Position numbers and translations under genes: made by a program. Shown here one piece after another: positions 1 through 11,024 of a DNA stretch of 64,000 bases; within the stretch, counting starts at the first letter, position 1, and each line of letters opens with the position of its first letter. Source of the stretch: Polyangia bacterium (GTDB lineage: Bacteria > Myxococcota_A > Polyangia > Fen-1088); assembly GCA_035607055.1 (NCBI GenBank), contig DATNDC010000124.1, positions 1,708-65,707 of the forward strand, given 5' to 3'. Below the pieces are notes generated by a model. The model worked only from the letters and a program-made list of their open reading frames with translations, was not told where the DNA came from and searched no databases.

Positions 1-1597
1 TGGTCATGCCGCCGAAGGCGGTCATGAAGCCGAGCGAGGCGTTCATCCCGCGGATGTCCTCGGGGCTCGTCTCGTGGCGGCAGAGGATGAGGTTGGTCTC
101 GCCCTTGGCCGCCAGCGCCTCCGCCTCGTCGGCGAAGAAGACCACCTTGCCGGTCGCCGCGCCCGGGCCGGCCGGCAGGCCCTTGGCCAGCAGGCGCCCC
201 TCGCCGATGGCGGCCTTCTTGGCCGAGGGCAGGAAGACCGGACGCAGCAACTGATTGAGCGCCTCCGGCTCCACCCGGCGCAGCGCCTCCTCCTTGGGGA
301 TGAGCTTCTCGTCCACCATCTCGACGGCGATGCGCACGCCGGCAAACCCGGTGCGCTTGCCGCTGCGGCACTGCAGCATGTAGAGCTTCTTGTTCTCGAT
401 GGTGAACTCGATGTCCTGCATGTCCTTGTAGTGCTTCTCGAGCTTCTTGCGGATGTCGAGCAGCTGCTTGTAGGCCTCGGGAAGGACCTTGCCGAGCGCC
501 TCGATCTTCTCCGGCGTGCGGATGCCCGCGACGACGTCCTCACCCTGCGCGTTCACCAGGAACTCGCCGTAGAACATATTCTCGCCGCTGGCCGGATCGC
601 GCGTGAAGCAGACGCCGGTCGCGGAGTCCGACCCCTTGTTGCCGAACACCATCGCCTGGACGTTGACCGCGGTGCCCCACTCCACCGGGATGTTGTTCAG
701 CCGGCGATAGAGGTCGGCGCGATCGTTACGCCACGACTGAAAGACGGCCTTGATGGCGCCTTCGAGCTGCGCGTACGGATCCTCGGGGAAGTTGATGCCG
801 AGGCGGTTCTTGATCTCCGCCTTGAACTCGGCGACCAGCTCCTTGAGCGCGTCGGCTGGCAGGTCGGAGTCGAGCTTCACGCCGCGCGCCTTCTTCTTGT
901 GGGCCAGGATCTCGTCGAACGGATCGTGGTCCTCCTTGCGCTCCGGCTTGAGGCCGAGGACGACGTCGCCGTACATGGCGATGAAACGGCGGTAGCTGTC
1001 ATAAGCGAAGCGCTCGTTGCCCGACTTGGCGGCCAGCCCCGCGGCCGTCTTGTCGTTGAGCCCGAGGTTGAGGATGGTGTCCATCATGCCCGGCATCGAG
1101 GCGCGCGCGCCCGAGCGGACCGAGACCAGGAGCGGGTTCGACGGGTCGCCGAACTTGGCGCCCACCAGCTTCTCCATCCGCGCCACCATGGCCCGCACGT
1201 CGGCGTCGAGCTGCTTGGGGAGCTTCTTGCCGTTGGCGTAGAACTCGGTGCAGACGTCGGTGGTGATCGTGAACCCGGGCGGCACCGGCAGGCCGATGTT
1301 CGCCATCTCGGCGAGGTTGGCCCCCTTTCCGCCGAGCAGGTTCTTCATCTCCTTGTTCCCCTCCGCCTTGCCGCCGCCGAAGAAGTAGACGCGCTTGCCG
1401 GCTTTGGTCGTCTTCGCGGCCGCCTGCTTGGCGGCGGCGCCCTTGACGACGGTCTTGGCGCCCAGGCGGACGCCGTTGCCGTGACCGTTGTGGCCGTTCT
1501 TGCCGGCCGCGGCCTTGCCGACCTTCTTCAGCTTCGAGGACTTAAGGGACGCCTTGACGGGAGACTTGGAAGAGCGGGACTTGGTGACGCTTGGCAT
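1..1597 (-). CDS. ppdK: pyruvate, phosphate dikinase, N-terminal ~530 aa (3' end runs off the left edge of the window)
   Basis: Absent from the ORF track because no stop codon lies in the window. Reverse translation from the ATG (complement of 1595-1597) gives ...[49 protein letters not shown]... and, at the window edge, ...[30 protein letters not shown], just before the phospho-His motif. These are the PPDK ATP-grasp and swivel-domain signatures. Confidence 0.9.
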   Translation of the reverse strand, partial: MPSVTKSRSSKSPVKASLKSSKLKKVGKAAAGKNGHNGHGNGVRLGAKTVVKGAAAKQAAAKTTKAGKRVYFFGGGKAEGNKEMKNLLGGKGANLAEMANIGLPVPPGFTITTDVCTEFYANGKKLPKQLDADVRAMVARMEKLVGAKFGDPSNPLLVSVRSGARASMPGMMDTILNLGLNDKTAAGLAAKSGNERFAYDSYRRFIAMYGDVVLGLKPERKEDHDPFDEILAHKKKARGVKLDSDLPADALKELVAEFKAEIKNRLGINFPEDPYAQLEGAIKAVFQSWRNDRADLYRRLNNIPVEWGTAVNVQAMVFGNKGSDSATGVCFTRDPASGENMFYGEFLVNAQGEDVVAGIRTPEKIEALGKVLPEAYKQLLDIRKKLEKHYKDMQDIEFTIENKKLYMLQCRSGKRTGFAGVRIAVEMVDEKLIPKEEALRRVEPEALNQLLRPVFLPSAKKAAIGEGRLLAKGLPAGPGAATGKVVFFADEAEALAAKGETNLILCRHETSPEDIRGMNASLGFMTAFGGMT

Positions 1598-1889
1598 GGG
1601 CGCCTATTTACCCCGAGCCGCGCCCCGAGGGAAGGTCCTTCGTGCCCGGATCTCGGCGATATCTCTACGGCGATCGTCGATCCTGCGCGGCGGGGACCGG
1701 GACCAGACCGGAGCCCGACTTGATTCGGAAATCCGCATCCCATCGCCCGCCCTACGCCGCCTGAAAGCGCGGCCCGAGCGATGGGCTCACACCGTCAGAC
1801 TCGTCCGCAGCGCGCTCGAGCGTGAAGCCGGGCCGTTCGAGCCCACACGAGCACGTACTCCTGCAGCGACGGGAGACGGGATCAGTCTG

Positions 1890-2318
1890 TCACGCCAGCG
1901 GGTTGACCCAGCGGAGGCCCGGGAAGCGGGCGAAGTCAGCGTCGTTGGAGTGGAGCTCGGCCTGGTGTTCGATGGCCAAAGCGGCGAGATGAGTGTCGGT
2001 CGTGAGGCTGCCGCCGACGGCGGTGATCCGGAACAGGCTTTCGACGATTTGAAGGTGGCGCGATCCCGGCTGGATGATCCGGACCTCCGGTTCCTCCAGC
2101 CAACGCCGCGCCCGGGCGAGCGCTTCCAGGGGCGGCAACGGGCTCGCCATCACGGCCGGGTGCGTGACCAGGCGGACGAACCCGAACAGGACCGCCCAGG
2201 CCAACGCGACCGACTGCTGGTCGTGAATCAGCGCCTCCCACCACGCGCGGGCCGCCGCGTGCTGGGGCGCGGACTTGTTGTGCGCGTACACCAGGAGATT
2301 GACATCCGGGAGGATCAA
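1890..2318 (-). CDS. vapC: type II toxin, PIN-domain ribonuclease VapC
   Basis: 142-aa ORF starting MILPDVNLLVYAH with acidic PIN residues (D5, ...TDTHLAALA..., ...SNDADF). Its start overlaps the upstream antitoxin stop by 4 bp. Confidence 0.85.
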   Translation of the reverse strand: MILPDVNLLVYAHNKSAPQHAAARAWWEALIHDQQSVALAWAVLFGFVRLVTHPAVMASPLPPLEALARARRWLEEPEVRIIQPGSRHLQIVESLFRITAVGGSLTTDTHLAALAIEHQAELHSNDADFARFPGLRWVNPLA

Positions 2319-2575
2319 CGCCGGCGTCCGCCAAACCGGTCGGCCTCGAGATCGTCGAGCAGTTGGTTGAGCCGCTGAGGGTCGACCCCCGGCCGAAAGC
2401 CGCTATCGAACGTCTCCGTGCGATACGTGCTCTTCGAAGCGCGCGGCCTCTCCTGGCCGGAGAGCCCCTTCCGGAGGACCTCGTCGACGATCTGGCGAAA
2501 GGAGACCCGACGCCGGTGCGCCATGTCCTGGAGCTTCGTCGCCAGGTCGTCGTCGAGCGCGATCGTGGTGCGCAC
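2315..2575 (-). CDS. vapB: type II antitoxin VapB family (MRTTIxLDDxL type)
   Basis: 86-aa ORF with a GTG start (complement of 2573-2575). The N-terminus MRTTIALDDDLATKLQD is typical of VapB antitoxins. It overlaps vapC by 4 bp (ATGA). Confidence 0.8.
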   Translation of the reverse strand: MRTTIALDDDLATKLQDMAHRRRVSFRQIVDEVLRKGLSGQERPRASKSTYRTETFDSGFRPGVDPQRLNQLLDDLEADRFGGRRR

Positions 2576-2577
2576 GA

Positions 2578-2609
2578 TGACATCATGATGTCACTCCTTC
2601 ATGATGTCA
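2578..2609. promoter_or_regulatory. candidate vapBC operator: perfect 16-bp palindrome plus a repeated half-site
   Basis: TGACATCATGATGTCA (2578-2593) is its own reverse complement and lies 3 nt upstream of the vapB GTG. TCATGATGTCA occurs twice (2583-2593 and 2599-2609). The region is locally AT-rich. Confidence 0.5.
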
Positions 2610-2656
2610 ATGTGCCAAGCCGGCGGCCCCGCGGGCATCGAGGCCCCACGCCGGCA

Positions 2657-4294
2657 CTACGCGGTCTTCGCGCGCAACGCGGCAGGAACCTCGCCGATTC
2701 CGACCCGCTCCTGCCCCATCGTGTCGCGGTCGCGCACGGTGACGGTCTTATCTTCCAGGCTCTGGAAGTCGACGGTGATGCAGAACGGGGTGCCGACCTC
2801 GTCTTGCCGGCGGTAGAGCTTGCCGATGGCGCCGGTGTCGTCGTAGACGGCGCGCAGGCCGGCGGACTGGAGCTCCTTCTTGATCCCGCGCGCCATCTCG
2901 ACGAGGCGTGGCTCGTTCTTCTTGAGCGGGAAGACCGCGACGGTGATCGGCGACAGGCGCGGATTGAGGCGCAGCACGGTGCGGGTATGCTCCTCGCCGA
3001 GCTTCTCGGCCGCCCCCTTCACCTTCTTCCAGACCTCGATCCGATTGGCGTCGGCGTCGTCCGACAGGGCGACCAGCTCGGGGAGCGACCCGGGCAGCGC
3101 GGCGGCGATCTTCTCGGCCGCGGCGACCAGGCGCTCCTTGGTCGCCGGCTCCATCTGTTTGGGGTCGCGCTTGCCGACCGACTTGGCGAAGCTCTCCACC
3201 AGCTCGCGCAGCTTGGTCGTCTCCTCGGCGGGCGGCTCCTTGACCAGCGACTCGTCGTAAGCGTCGCAGAGAAAGGCCAACGTCGCCCGGTCGGCGCCGG
3301 CCGACGGCTCGATCACGTACGGAACGATGTGCTTCTTCTGTTCCTGGTCGAAGTAGGTCAGCTCGCCGACCGCGTCGGGGTTCTGCGGGCTGCGGCTGTG
3401 GGCCTTGAGGTCGAAGTCGGTCCGGTTGGCGATCCCCTCGAGCTCGCTCCACCCCATCGGGAAGCGGTACTCGAGGTCGACGCAGCGCTTGGCGTAGTGG
3501 GCCAGCTCGTGCTTCTCCTGCTCGCGCTGGCGCAGGTTCTCGCGCCGCATGCCGAGGTCGACGTACCACTGCGTGCGCGCGTCGATCCAGGCCTGGTGCG
3601 CCGCCTCGTCCTCGCCGGGCCGCACGAAGTACTCGATCTCCATCTGCTCGAACTCGCGCGTCCGGAAGGTGAAGTTGCCGGGCGTGATCTCGTTGCGGAA
3701 CGCCTTGCCGATCTGGGCGATCCCGAACGGGAGCTTGCGGCGCATGGTGTCGAGCACGTTGCCGAAGTTGACGAACATCCCCTGCGCCGTCTCCGGCCGC
3801 AGATAGGCGAGCCCGGAGTCGTCGCCGGTCTCGACGGCGCCCACCGTGGTCTTGAACATCAGGTTGAACGGGCGCGCGGGCGTCAGATCGGTCGACCCGC
3901 ACTTCGGGCACTTCAGCTCCTTGGCCGCGATCGCCGCGTTGATCTCGTCGATGCCCTTCGGGTCCCGCCCCTTCTGGGCCACGAACACGTGGTCGGCGCG
4001 GGGGCGCGACTTGCAGTTGCGGCAGTCGGTCATCGGATCGGAGAACGTCGCCTCGTGGCCCGAATACTTCCAGACCAGGCGGTTCATCAGGATGGCGGCG
4101 TCGAGGCCCTCCATGTCGTCGCGCTCGTGCACGACCGACCGCCACCAGGCCCGCTTGACGTTGTTCTTCAGCTCGACCCCGAGCGGACCGTAGTCCCAGG
4201 TGCTGCCGAGGCCGCCGTAGATGGCTGACGATGGGAAGACGAACCCTCGCCGTTTGGCGAGGCTGACGATCTGCTCGAGCGAGGTCGCGGGCAT
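2657..4294 (-). CDS. glyQS: glycine--tRNA ligase (dimeric class II, GlyQS type)
   Basis: 545 aa with N-terminus [46 protein letters not shown] and a C-terminal anticodon-binding region. This is the characteristic alpha2-type GlyRS. Confidence 0.95.
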   Translation of the reverse strand: MPATSLEQIVSLAKRRGFVFPSSAIYGGLGSTWDYGPLGVELKNNVKRAWWRSVVHERDDMEGLDAAILMNRLVWKYSGHEATFSDPMTDCRNCKSRPRADHVFVAQKGRDPKGIDEINAAIAAKELKCPKCGSTDLTPARPFNLMFKTTVGAVETGDDSGLAYLRPETAQGMFVNFGNVLDTMRRKLPFGIAQIGKAFRNEITPGNFTFRTREFEQMEIEYFVRPGEDEAAHQAWIDARTQWYVDLGMRRENLRQREQEKHELAHYAKRCVDLEYRFPMGWSELEGIANRTDFDLKAHSRSPQNPDAVGELTYFDQEQKKHIVPYVIEPSAGADRATLAFLCDAYDESLVKEPPAEETTKLRELVESFAKSVGKRDPKQMEPATKERLVAAAEKIAAALPGSLPELVALSDDADANRIEVWKKVKGAAEKLGEEHTRTVLRLNPRLSPITVAVFPLKKNEPRLVEMARGIKKELQSAGLRAVYDDTGAIGKLYRRQDEVGTPFCITVDFQSLEDKTVTVRDRDTMGQERVGIGEVPAALRAKTA

Positions 4295-4323
4295 GGCGCC
4301 GAGACTCTAATCGAAGACGCTCG

Positions 4324-4704
4324 CTACGTCATGGGCGCGTGGTGGATGATCTGGATCAGCAGGTTCTGGGGCCCGTAGAAATACAGGGATCGAGAGCCGT
4401 CCCGGTGGCTCTTGGGTCGGGCCTCGAGCTCCACGCCGTGCGCCTCGAGGTGCGCGGCCCAGGCGTCGACGTCCGCGGGCGTCGGGACGGCGATCCCGAT
4501 GTGGTCCAGCTGTCCGCCTTCGGCCGCGGCGCCGCGGTGGAGCGCCAGGTTGTCGCGGCCGCCGTGCAGGTAGACATTGTCCGGATCGGGCCGCCACTCG
4601 ACCTCGTAGCCCATGACGTCCACCCAGAAGCGCTCGGCCGCTTCGAGATCGCGCACGGTGAGCGCGACGTGCCGGATCCCGAGCGCCGCCGGCCGACCGC
4701 TCAC
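4324..4704 (-). CDS. VOC (glyoxalase/bleomycin-resistance/dioxygenase) family protein
   Basis: 126 aa with IRHVALTVRDLEAAERFW... and ...LDHIGIAV..., the paired beta-alpha-beta-beta-beta VOC signatures. Overlaps the recO stop by 4 bp. Confidence 0.8.
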   Translation of the reverse strand: MSGRPAALGIRHVALTVRDLEAAERFWVDVMGYEVEWRPDPDNVYLHGGRDNLALHRGAAAEGGQLDHIGIAVPTPADVDAWAAHLEAHGVELEARPKSHRDGSRSLYFYGPQNLLIQIIHHAPMT

Positions 4705-5468
4705 GGCGCACCTCCCGGACCGGCGCTCAGCTTGGCGATGAATTCCACCGACTTGAGTGGACCGCTGATGTGGTGGTTGATGATCTCGAGCAGCGCTTCC
4801 CGGCAGTCTCGGTTCACGTCGGGCAGCAATGTCTCACGGCCGCCGGCGCCCAGCGACAGGGCGCCGAGCCGCGCCAGAGCCGTGCGCGCGGCGCCGCTGA
4901 TCGGACGTCCACCTCGCGCGCAGCCGGTGCAGACGGCGCCGCCGCGATCGGGGTCCCAACGATAGGCCGGCGCGGCGCTGTCGCTGCAGACCACGCAGCG
5001 GTCGACCACCGGGCCGAACCCGAGGGCGCCCAGCAACCCCAGCTCGAACACCCGCAGCCGCTCGGCGCTGGCCCCTTCCGCGCCGAGACGGCCGAGGAGC
5101 TCCGCCAACCAGTCGTAGACGGCCTGTTCGACCTGGCGGGGGGCGCACAGCTTGGTCACCAGCTCGGCGGCGTACGCGGCGTGTGCCATCCGCGCCACGT
5201 CGGTGCCGAGCGCTGTGTGCGCCGCCGTCGCGTCGAAGCTCTCCAGCGTCAGGAGCTCGGCGCCCGCGCGCTCGCGCAGAGAGGCGACGCCCACCGCGCA
5301 GAGGCCGAGCCCGCCCGCGAATCGCCGCTGGCTCTTGCGCGCGCCACGGGCCAGCGCCGACAGCCGCCCGGTCTCGCGGCCGAACAGCGTGACGATGCGA
5401 TCGGCTTCGCCGTAGTTCACCGCGCGCAAGACGATCGCCGGCGTCGAAAGCGAGCCCGTCGATCCCAT
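4701..5468 (-). CDS. recO: DNA repair protein RecO
   Basis: 255 aa with AIVLRAVNYGEADRIVTLFGRETGRLSALARGARKSQRRF (OB fold) and the zinc motif CVVCS...CTGC. Confidence 0.9.
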   Translation of the reverse strand: MGSTGSLSTPAIVLRAVNYGEADRIVTLFGRETGRLSALARGARKSQRRFAGGLGLCAVGVASLRERAGAELLTLESFDATAAHTALGTDVARMAHAAYAAELVTKLCAPRQVEQAVYDWLAELLGRLGAEGASAERLRVFELGLLGALGFGPVVDRCVVCSDSAAPAYRWDPDRGGAVCTGCARGGRPISGAARTALARLGALSLGAGGRETLLPDVNRDCREALLEIINHHISGPLKSVEFIAKLSAGPGGAP

Positions 5469-5492
5469 GTTGGGACTCGAGTTTAGCCGGCG

Positions 5493-6035
5493 TCAGGCCG
5501 GCGTGTGGGACGAAGGCGGCGCGGCGCCGGGCGTGTCGCCACCGACAAGTTGCGACGGTGTCGGCGTCGATTCTTGTAGCGAGAGACCTTCACCCGACTG
5601 CGGCGGCCGCCGAAGGAGAAGCGACAGCGTGATGGTCGCGATGAGGACCAGGATGATCACGAAGACCGCGAGGCCGAGGCCGCGGCGGCGGCCGGCGTCG
5701 TCCTCCTCGACGGCGCCGCCGGCGAGGCTGGGGTCGACGACCGGGCTCTCCGACTTCGCCCGCGCCGCCTCGCTCTCGCGGTTGACCGCGCGATCGTACA
5801 AGGTGAGCGGCTGCGCCTCGGAGATCCCGACGGCCTTGGCGTACGAGCGAATGAAGCCGCGCACGAACACCTGCGCCGGCAATCCGTTCAGGGAGCCGGA
5901 CTCGAGCAACTCGAGCGCCGAGCGCGGGACCTTCGTGGACGCCGAGACGTCCCCGATCGTGAGAGACTTTTCCTCTCTCGCGCGCCGGAGGCAGTTTCCA
6001 AAGTGCTCGTCGTCCATGGAGTCGGGACTCTCCAA
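5493..6035 (-). CDS. RodZ-like HTH domain membrane protein
   Basis: 180 aa with an N-terminal HTH (FGNCLRRAREEKSLTIGDVSASTKVPRSALELLESG...FVRGFIRSYAKAVG), then a basic linker and a single TM segment (LGLAVFVIILVLIATITLSLLL). Confidence 0.7.
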   Translation of the reverse strand: MESPDSMDDEHFGNCLRRAREEKSLTIGDVSASTKVPRSALELLESGSLNGLPAQVFVRGFIRSYAKAVGISEAQPLTLYDRAVNRESEAARAKSESPVVDPSLAGGAVEEDDAGRRRGLGLAVFVIILVLIATITLSLLLRRPPQSGEGLSLQESTPTPSQLVGGDTPGAAPPSSHTPA

Positions 6036-6186
6036 TGCTCGTCTCCTTGACGAGTTTTCTTTAACGTTTTTGGACAGTTACTGCCTAAAAGTCGACCGGA
6101 AGCTAGCAGGCTGCGGCGCGGCCTGTCAATTGAAATATCTTATCTTGGAACCCGGCACGCCGCCAATAAGTGCGCGTTTTTTAAGC

Positions 6187-6822
6187 TCATACTCCGCGGG
6201 CCTCCGGAGACCAGACGTACTTGTGCAGCTGCAAATTGAGCCTCGCGGCAAGCCGGTCGCGCAGCATCCAGGCGACCAGGGTCTGCGGGTCGAGGCGCCC
6301 ATGGACCGGCGAGAGCAGCACCTCGGTCCGCCCGGCGAGGCCATGCTCCCGGATGACCTCGCGCGCCCACGCGTAGTCGGGCTCATCCGCCAGGACGAAC
6401 TTCACCGCGTCGCGCGGGCGGAGCTTCTCGAGCAGCTCCCAGCGCATGCGGTGCGACTCTCCGGAGGCGGGCGTCTTGACGTCGACGATGCGCACGACCT
6501 CAGCCGGCAGCGCGTCGAGGGCGTGCGCGCCCGAGGTCTCGATCATCACCTGGTATCCGGCGGCGAGCAGGCGCGCCGCCAGCGCCGGCATCTCCCGCTG
6601 GAGCATTGGCTCCCCGCCCGTCAGAAGGACCAGTGGCGCGCCGAGACGAGCGACCTCGTGCGCGATGTCGTCCAACGTCATGTCTCGACCGCCATGAAAG
6701 GCGAAGGCGGAGTCGCAGTATCCGCAGCGCAGGTCGCACCCGGTCGTGCGAACCAAAGTACACGGCAGCCCGGCGTACTGCGTCTCGCCCTGGATGCTGC
6801 AGTAGATCTCCGTGATTTTCAT
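6187..6822 (-). CDS. queE: 7-carboxy-7-deazaguanine synthase (radical SAM)
   Basis: 211 aa starting MKITEIYCSIQGETQYAGLPCTLVRTTGCDLRCGYCDS (CxxxCxxC cluster motif) with a QueE-type C-terminus. Confidence 0.9.
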   Translation of the reverse strand: MKITEIYCSIQGETQYAGLPCTLVRTTGCDLRCGYCDSAFAFHGGRDMTLDDIAHEVARLGAPLVLLTGGEPMLQREMPALAARLLAAGYQVMIETSGAHALDALPAEVVRIVDVKTPASGESHRMRWELLEKLRPRDAVKFVLADEPDYAWAREVIREHGLAGRTEVLLSPVHGRLDPQTLVAWMLRDRLAARLNLQLHKYVWSPEARGV

Positions 6823-6851
6823 CGAAGGGTCCGTATACTTCTAAAAGCGTC

Positions 6852-7694
6852 GTGAGGCACCTCGTCGCCTATTTCGGTAACGAGCCCGAGAACCTGGCCT
6901 GTGCGCTGTTCTCCGCTCGCGCCGCGCTCTACGCGCGGGGGGACGCGCATACCCCGGAGGGGTACGGCCTCGGGTTCGTCCAGGGGGGCGACGTGCTCTT
7001 GCAGAAGCGCCCGCGCGCCGAGACGGTCGAGGTCGACCTCTACAACCTGGTCAAGGACACGCGCGCCGAGGCGCTGGTCGGACGGGTCGGGCTTCCCCAC
7101 GATGGCAGCACCCCGGCCGAAGACGCCGACCCGTTCCGCTTCCGCTCCTGGCTCTTCGGCTCGCTCGCCGAGATCGACGACGCGACCTTCGAGGGCATCC
7201 GCGAGCGGGTGCTGGAGAGCACCCCGGCCTTTCTTCGCCGCAACATCCGCGGACACTCGCCGAGCGAGCACATCTTTCACCTCTTTCTCGCCTTCCTGCA
7301 CGACGCGGGGATCCTGGATCAGCCGACACCCGCGCCACCCGCGGTCCACGCGGCGTTGCGCAACAGCTTGACCTTCGTCGACCGCTTGCTGGTCGAGGCG
7401 GGGGCGGCGCCGCTGCAGATCGCGCTGGCGGCGACCAACGGCCGCTGCTTCGCGGCCACCGGCTGCGCCATTCCCATCCGCTACCTGGCCATCGAGGGGA
7501 TCGGCGACTGCCCGGTTTGCCAAGCCGAGCACGACACCGGGCGGAACGGCCGCCGCGTGCCGCACGAGGCGCTGCGCGCCTTGGTCGTGGAGGCCGACCG
7601 CGAGGTGGCCAAGCGACCGGGCTGGCACGAGGTGCCCGATCGCTCGGCGCTCCTCTCCGGGCCCGACCGCGCGCCGCAGGTCTCGCCGCTCTGA
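6852..7694 (+). CDS. class II (Ntn) glutamine amidotransferase-like protein lacking the Cys2 nucleophile
   Basis: 280 aa. GYGLGF, DADPFRF and SPSEHIFHLFLAFL resemble YafJ/GATase_4 motifs. The only in-frame start after the upstream stop (6813-6815) is GTG 6852, giving MRHLVAYFG rather than MC.... Confidence 0.6.
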   Translation: MRHLVAYFGNEPENLACALFSARAALYARGDAHTPEGYGLGFVQGGDVLLQKRPRAETVEVDLYNLVKDTRAEALVGRVGLPHDGSTPAEDADPFRFRSWLFGSLAEIDDATFEGIRERVLESTPAFLRRNIRGHSPSEHIFHLFLAFLHDAGILDQPTPAPPAVHAALRNSLTFVDRLLVEAGAAPLQIALAATNGRCFAATGCAIPIRYLAIEGIGDCPVCQAEHDTGRNGRRVPHEALRALVVEADREVAKRPGWHEVPDRSALLSGPDRAPQVSPL

Positions 7695-7731
7695 CGGCGG
7701 CCAAAGCGCGGCGGTCATCGCGCTCGGGTGC

Positions 7732-9051
7732 TCACGCCGGGGCCGGTGTCGGCGCCGTCGGAGGCCGCGGGCGCTTGCGGTAGTAGACGAAGATCGTCTG
7801 GATGATGGAGGCGACCGGAACGGCGAAGAGCGCCCCCACGATCCCGTAGCTGTGCTCGCCGGCGATGAGCGCGAACACCACCAGCACCGGGTGAATCTTG
7901 GCGGCGTCGCCCATGATTTTGGGGTTGAGGAAGTTCGCCTCGAGCAGGTGGATGCCGATAATCCAGGCGAGCACGAACAGGCCCTGACGCAGATCGAAGG
8001 TTCCCGAGGAGATGAGGGCGATCGCCACGATCGGCACCGAGGAGAGGATCGAGCCGAAGATGGGGACCAGGCTCATGGTGGCGGCGATCCCGGCCAGCAA
8101 GAGCCGATACTTGACGTGGAAGATCCAGAGGCCGATGTACGTGAAGGACCCGTTCAGCAGACAGATGACCAGCTGGCCCCGGATCACGCCCGAGAGCCCC
8201 CGGTCGATCCCGCTCGCGATCCGTTCGTAGTCGGTCTGGTACTGCTCGGGGACCAGCGAGCGCAAGAAGTCCTGGACGCGGCGCAGATCCACCAGGATGA
8301 AGGCGGCCACCATCAAGACCAGAAACAGACGCCCGATCCCGGCGACGACGGCGCCGATGAACTTCTGGCCGTACTCGATCGCGCGCCGGCTCTCCCCCTC
8401 GGTCGACTTCAGCCTCTCGGAGAGCCACTGCTTGATCGATCGTTCCCACTTGCCGCCGCCGCCCGCCAGCGCCTCTTCGGCGTGCGGCGGGGCGATGAGG
8501 TAGCGCCCATCCTTCGTCGGCCGCACCTCGAGCGCCAGCGAATCGACGTCGATCCGGTAGCGCCCGTCGGGGAGCGGCTCGAGGAGGATCTGGCGCGGCA
8601 TCGGGGCCGCGACGGGGCCGCCGCCGGTGACCACGTCCGCCCCGCCCTCTTCCTGCTCGGGACCGAAGTGCTCGTCGACCCAGGCCCCGGCGCGCGGCAG
8701 CCACTCGCGGTTCACCTTGGCGAAGAGCTGCGGCGCCTCGCGAAACAGGCGCGCGAAGTCGCCTGACAGCTTCGGCACGAAGTAGCCGATGAACAGGCTG
8801 AGGATGGCGATGATGTTGACGTAGAGGACGATCACCGCGGCCGCGCGGGGGAAGGGTTTGCTCCCCACGCGCAGCCGGCTCATCCGGTCGACGATCGGCG
8901 CCAGGATGTACGCCACCAGGATGGCGAACAGGAACGGGAGGACGACCTCCCGGAAGATGAAGACGACGAGGACGCAGAAGAGCGCGAAGCCCCAGAGCTT
9001 CGCGAACTGCCGCAGCCACGCCAGCGTGCGGCTCGCCGGCGGGGCCACCAT
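7732..9051 (-). CDS. AI-2E family transporter (UPF0118/PerM-like)
   Basis: 439 aa and polytopic. The C-terminal signature is ...LVPIFGSILSSVPIVAIAL...FLNPKIMGDAAKIHPVLVVFALIAGEHSYGIVGALFAVPVAS. Confidence 0.85.
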   Translation of the reverse strand: MVAPPASRTLAWLRQFAKLWGFALFCVLVVFIFREVVLPFLFAILVAYILAPIVDRMSRLRVGSKPFPRAAAVIVLYVNIIAILSLFIGYFVPKLSGDFARLFREAPQLFAKVNREWLPRAGAWVDEHFGPEQEEGGADVVTGGGPVAAPMPRQILLEPLPDGRYRIDVDSLALEVRPTKDGRYLIAPPHAEEALAGGGGKWERSIKQWLSERLKSTEGESRRAIEYGQKFIGAVVAGIGRLFLVLMVAAFILVDLRRVQDFLRSLVPEQYQTDYERIASGIDRGLSGVIRGQLVICLLNGSFTYIGLWIFHVKYRLLLAGIAATMSLVPIFGSILSSVPIVAIALISSGTFDLRQGLFVLAWIIGIHLLEANFLNPKIMGDAAKIHPVLVVFALIAGEHSYGIVGALFAVPVASIIQTIFVYYRKRPRPPTAPTPAPA

Positions 9052-9060
9052 CGCGCCTAC

Positions 9061-10839
<1,779 letters not shown>

Positions 10840-10968
10840 GCGCGCTATCCTCTGCCTTCCGGGCCCACACCTGGGGCCTTCTTCTGATGTCCCGCACGTT
10901 GCGGGGGTTCGGGTTTCTGCCACGCGCACCGAACCATTTCGGCGGGCGGCGGTCGAATGAAGGCGCGA

Positions 10969-10997
10969 AACTTAGCGTCGCGCTTGAGGAATGTCAA
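10969..10997 (-). promoter_or_regulatory. candidate sigma-70-type promoter for rpsA
   Basis: On the minus strand: TTGACA (10997-10992), a 17-nt spacer, then TAAGTT (10974-10969). It lies just downstream of the cmk stop and would give a leader of about 125 nt containing a CCCGCA-ACG-TGCGGG hairpin. Confidence 0.4.
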
Positions 10998-11024
10998 CGC
11001 ATCCGTTCGGGAGGACCCGCGGCG

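Noticed and set aside
74-1723. Long track ORFs with Arg/Pro/Gly/Ala/Leu-rich, low-information translations. Examples: 74..1723 +, 2363..4228 +, 9106..10833 +, 12347..15682 +, 20667..22616 +, 21133..23724 -, 22695..26378 +, 30842..33157 -, 43507..46944 +, 49106..51352 -, 60337..62433 -, 60834..62906 + (upstream part).
   Set aside because: Each lies opposite to, or out of frame with, a gene carrying strong family motifs (ppdK, glyQS, rpsA, smc, the kinase-EBP, ppk1, the radical SAM gene, ctaD, ctaA-ctaB). In GC-rich DNA, stop codons are rare in shadow frames, so length alone is not evidence. Their compositions are typical of antisense or off-frame reading.
1826-1855. tRNA T-arm-like string (GTTCGAGCCC) in the 292-bp gap next to the vapBC module, considered as a possible tRNA remnant or integration scar.
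   Set aside because: The flanking bases do not form a T-stem, and no acceptor or anticodon arms can be drawn. It is probably a chance match.
1936-2586. 216-aa ORF whose ATG (2586) sits 7 nt after a perfect AAGGAG.
   Set aside because: The translation (MMSSCAPRSRSTTTWRRSSRTWRTG...) is Arg/Ser-rich and runs out of frame through both vapB and vapC, which have clear family signatures. The SD-like hexamer is more likely part of the AT-rich promoter/operator.
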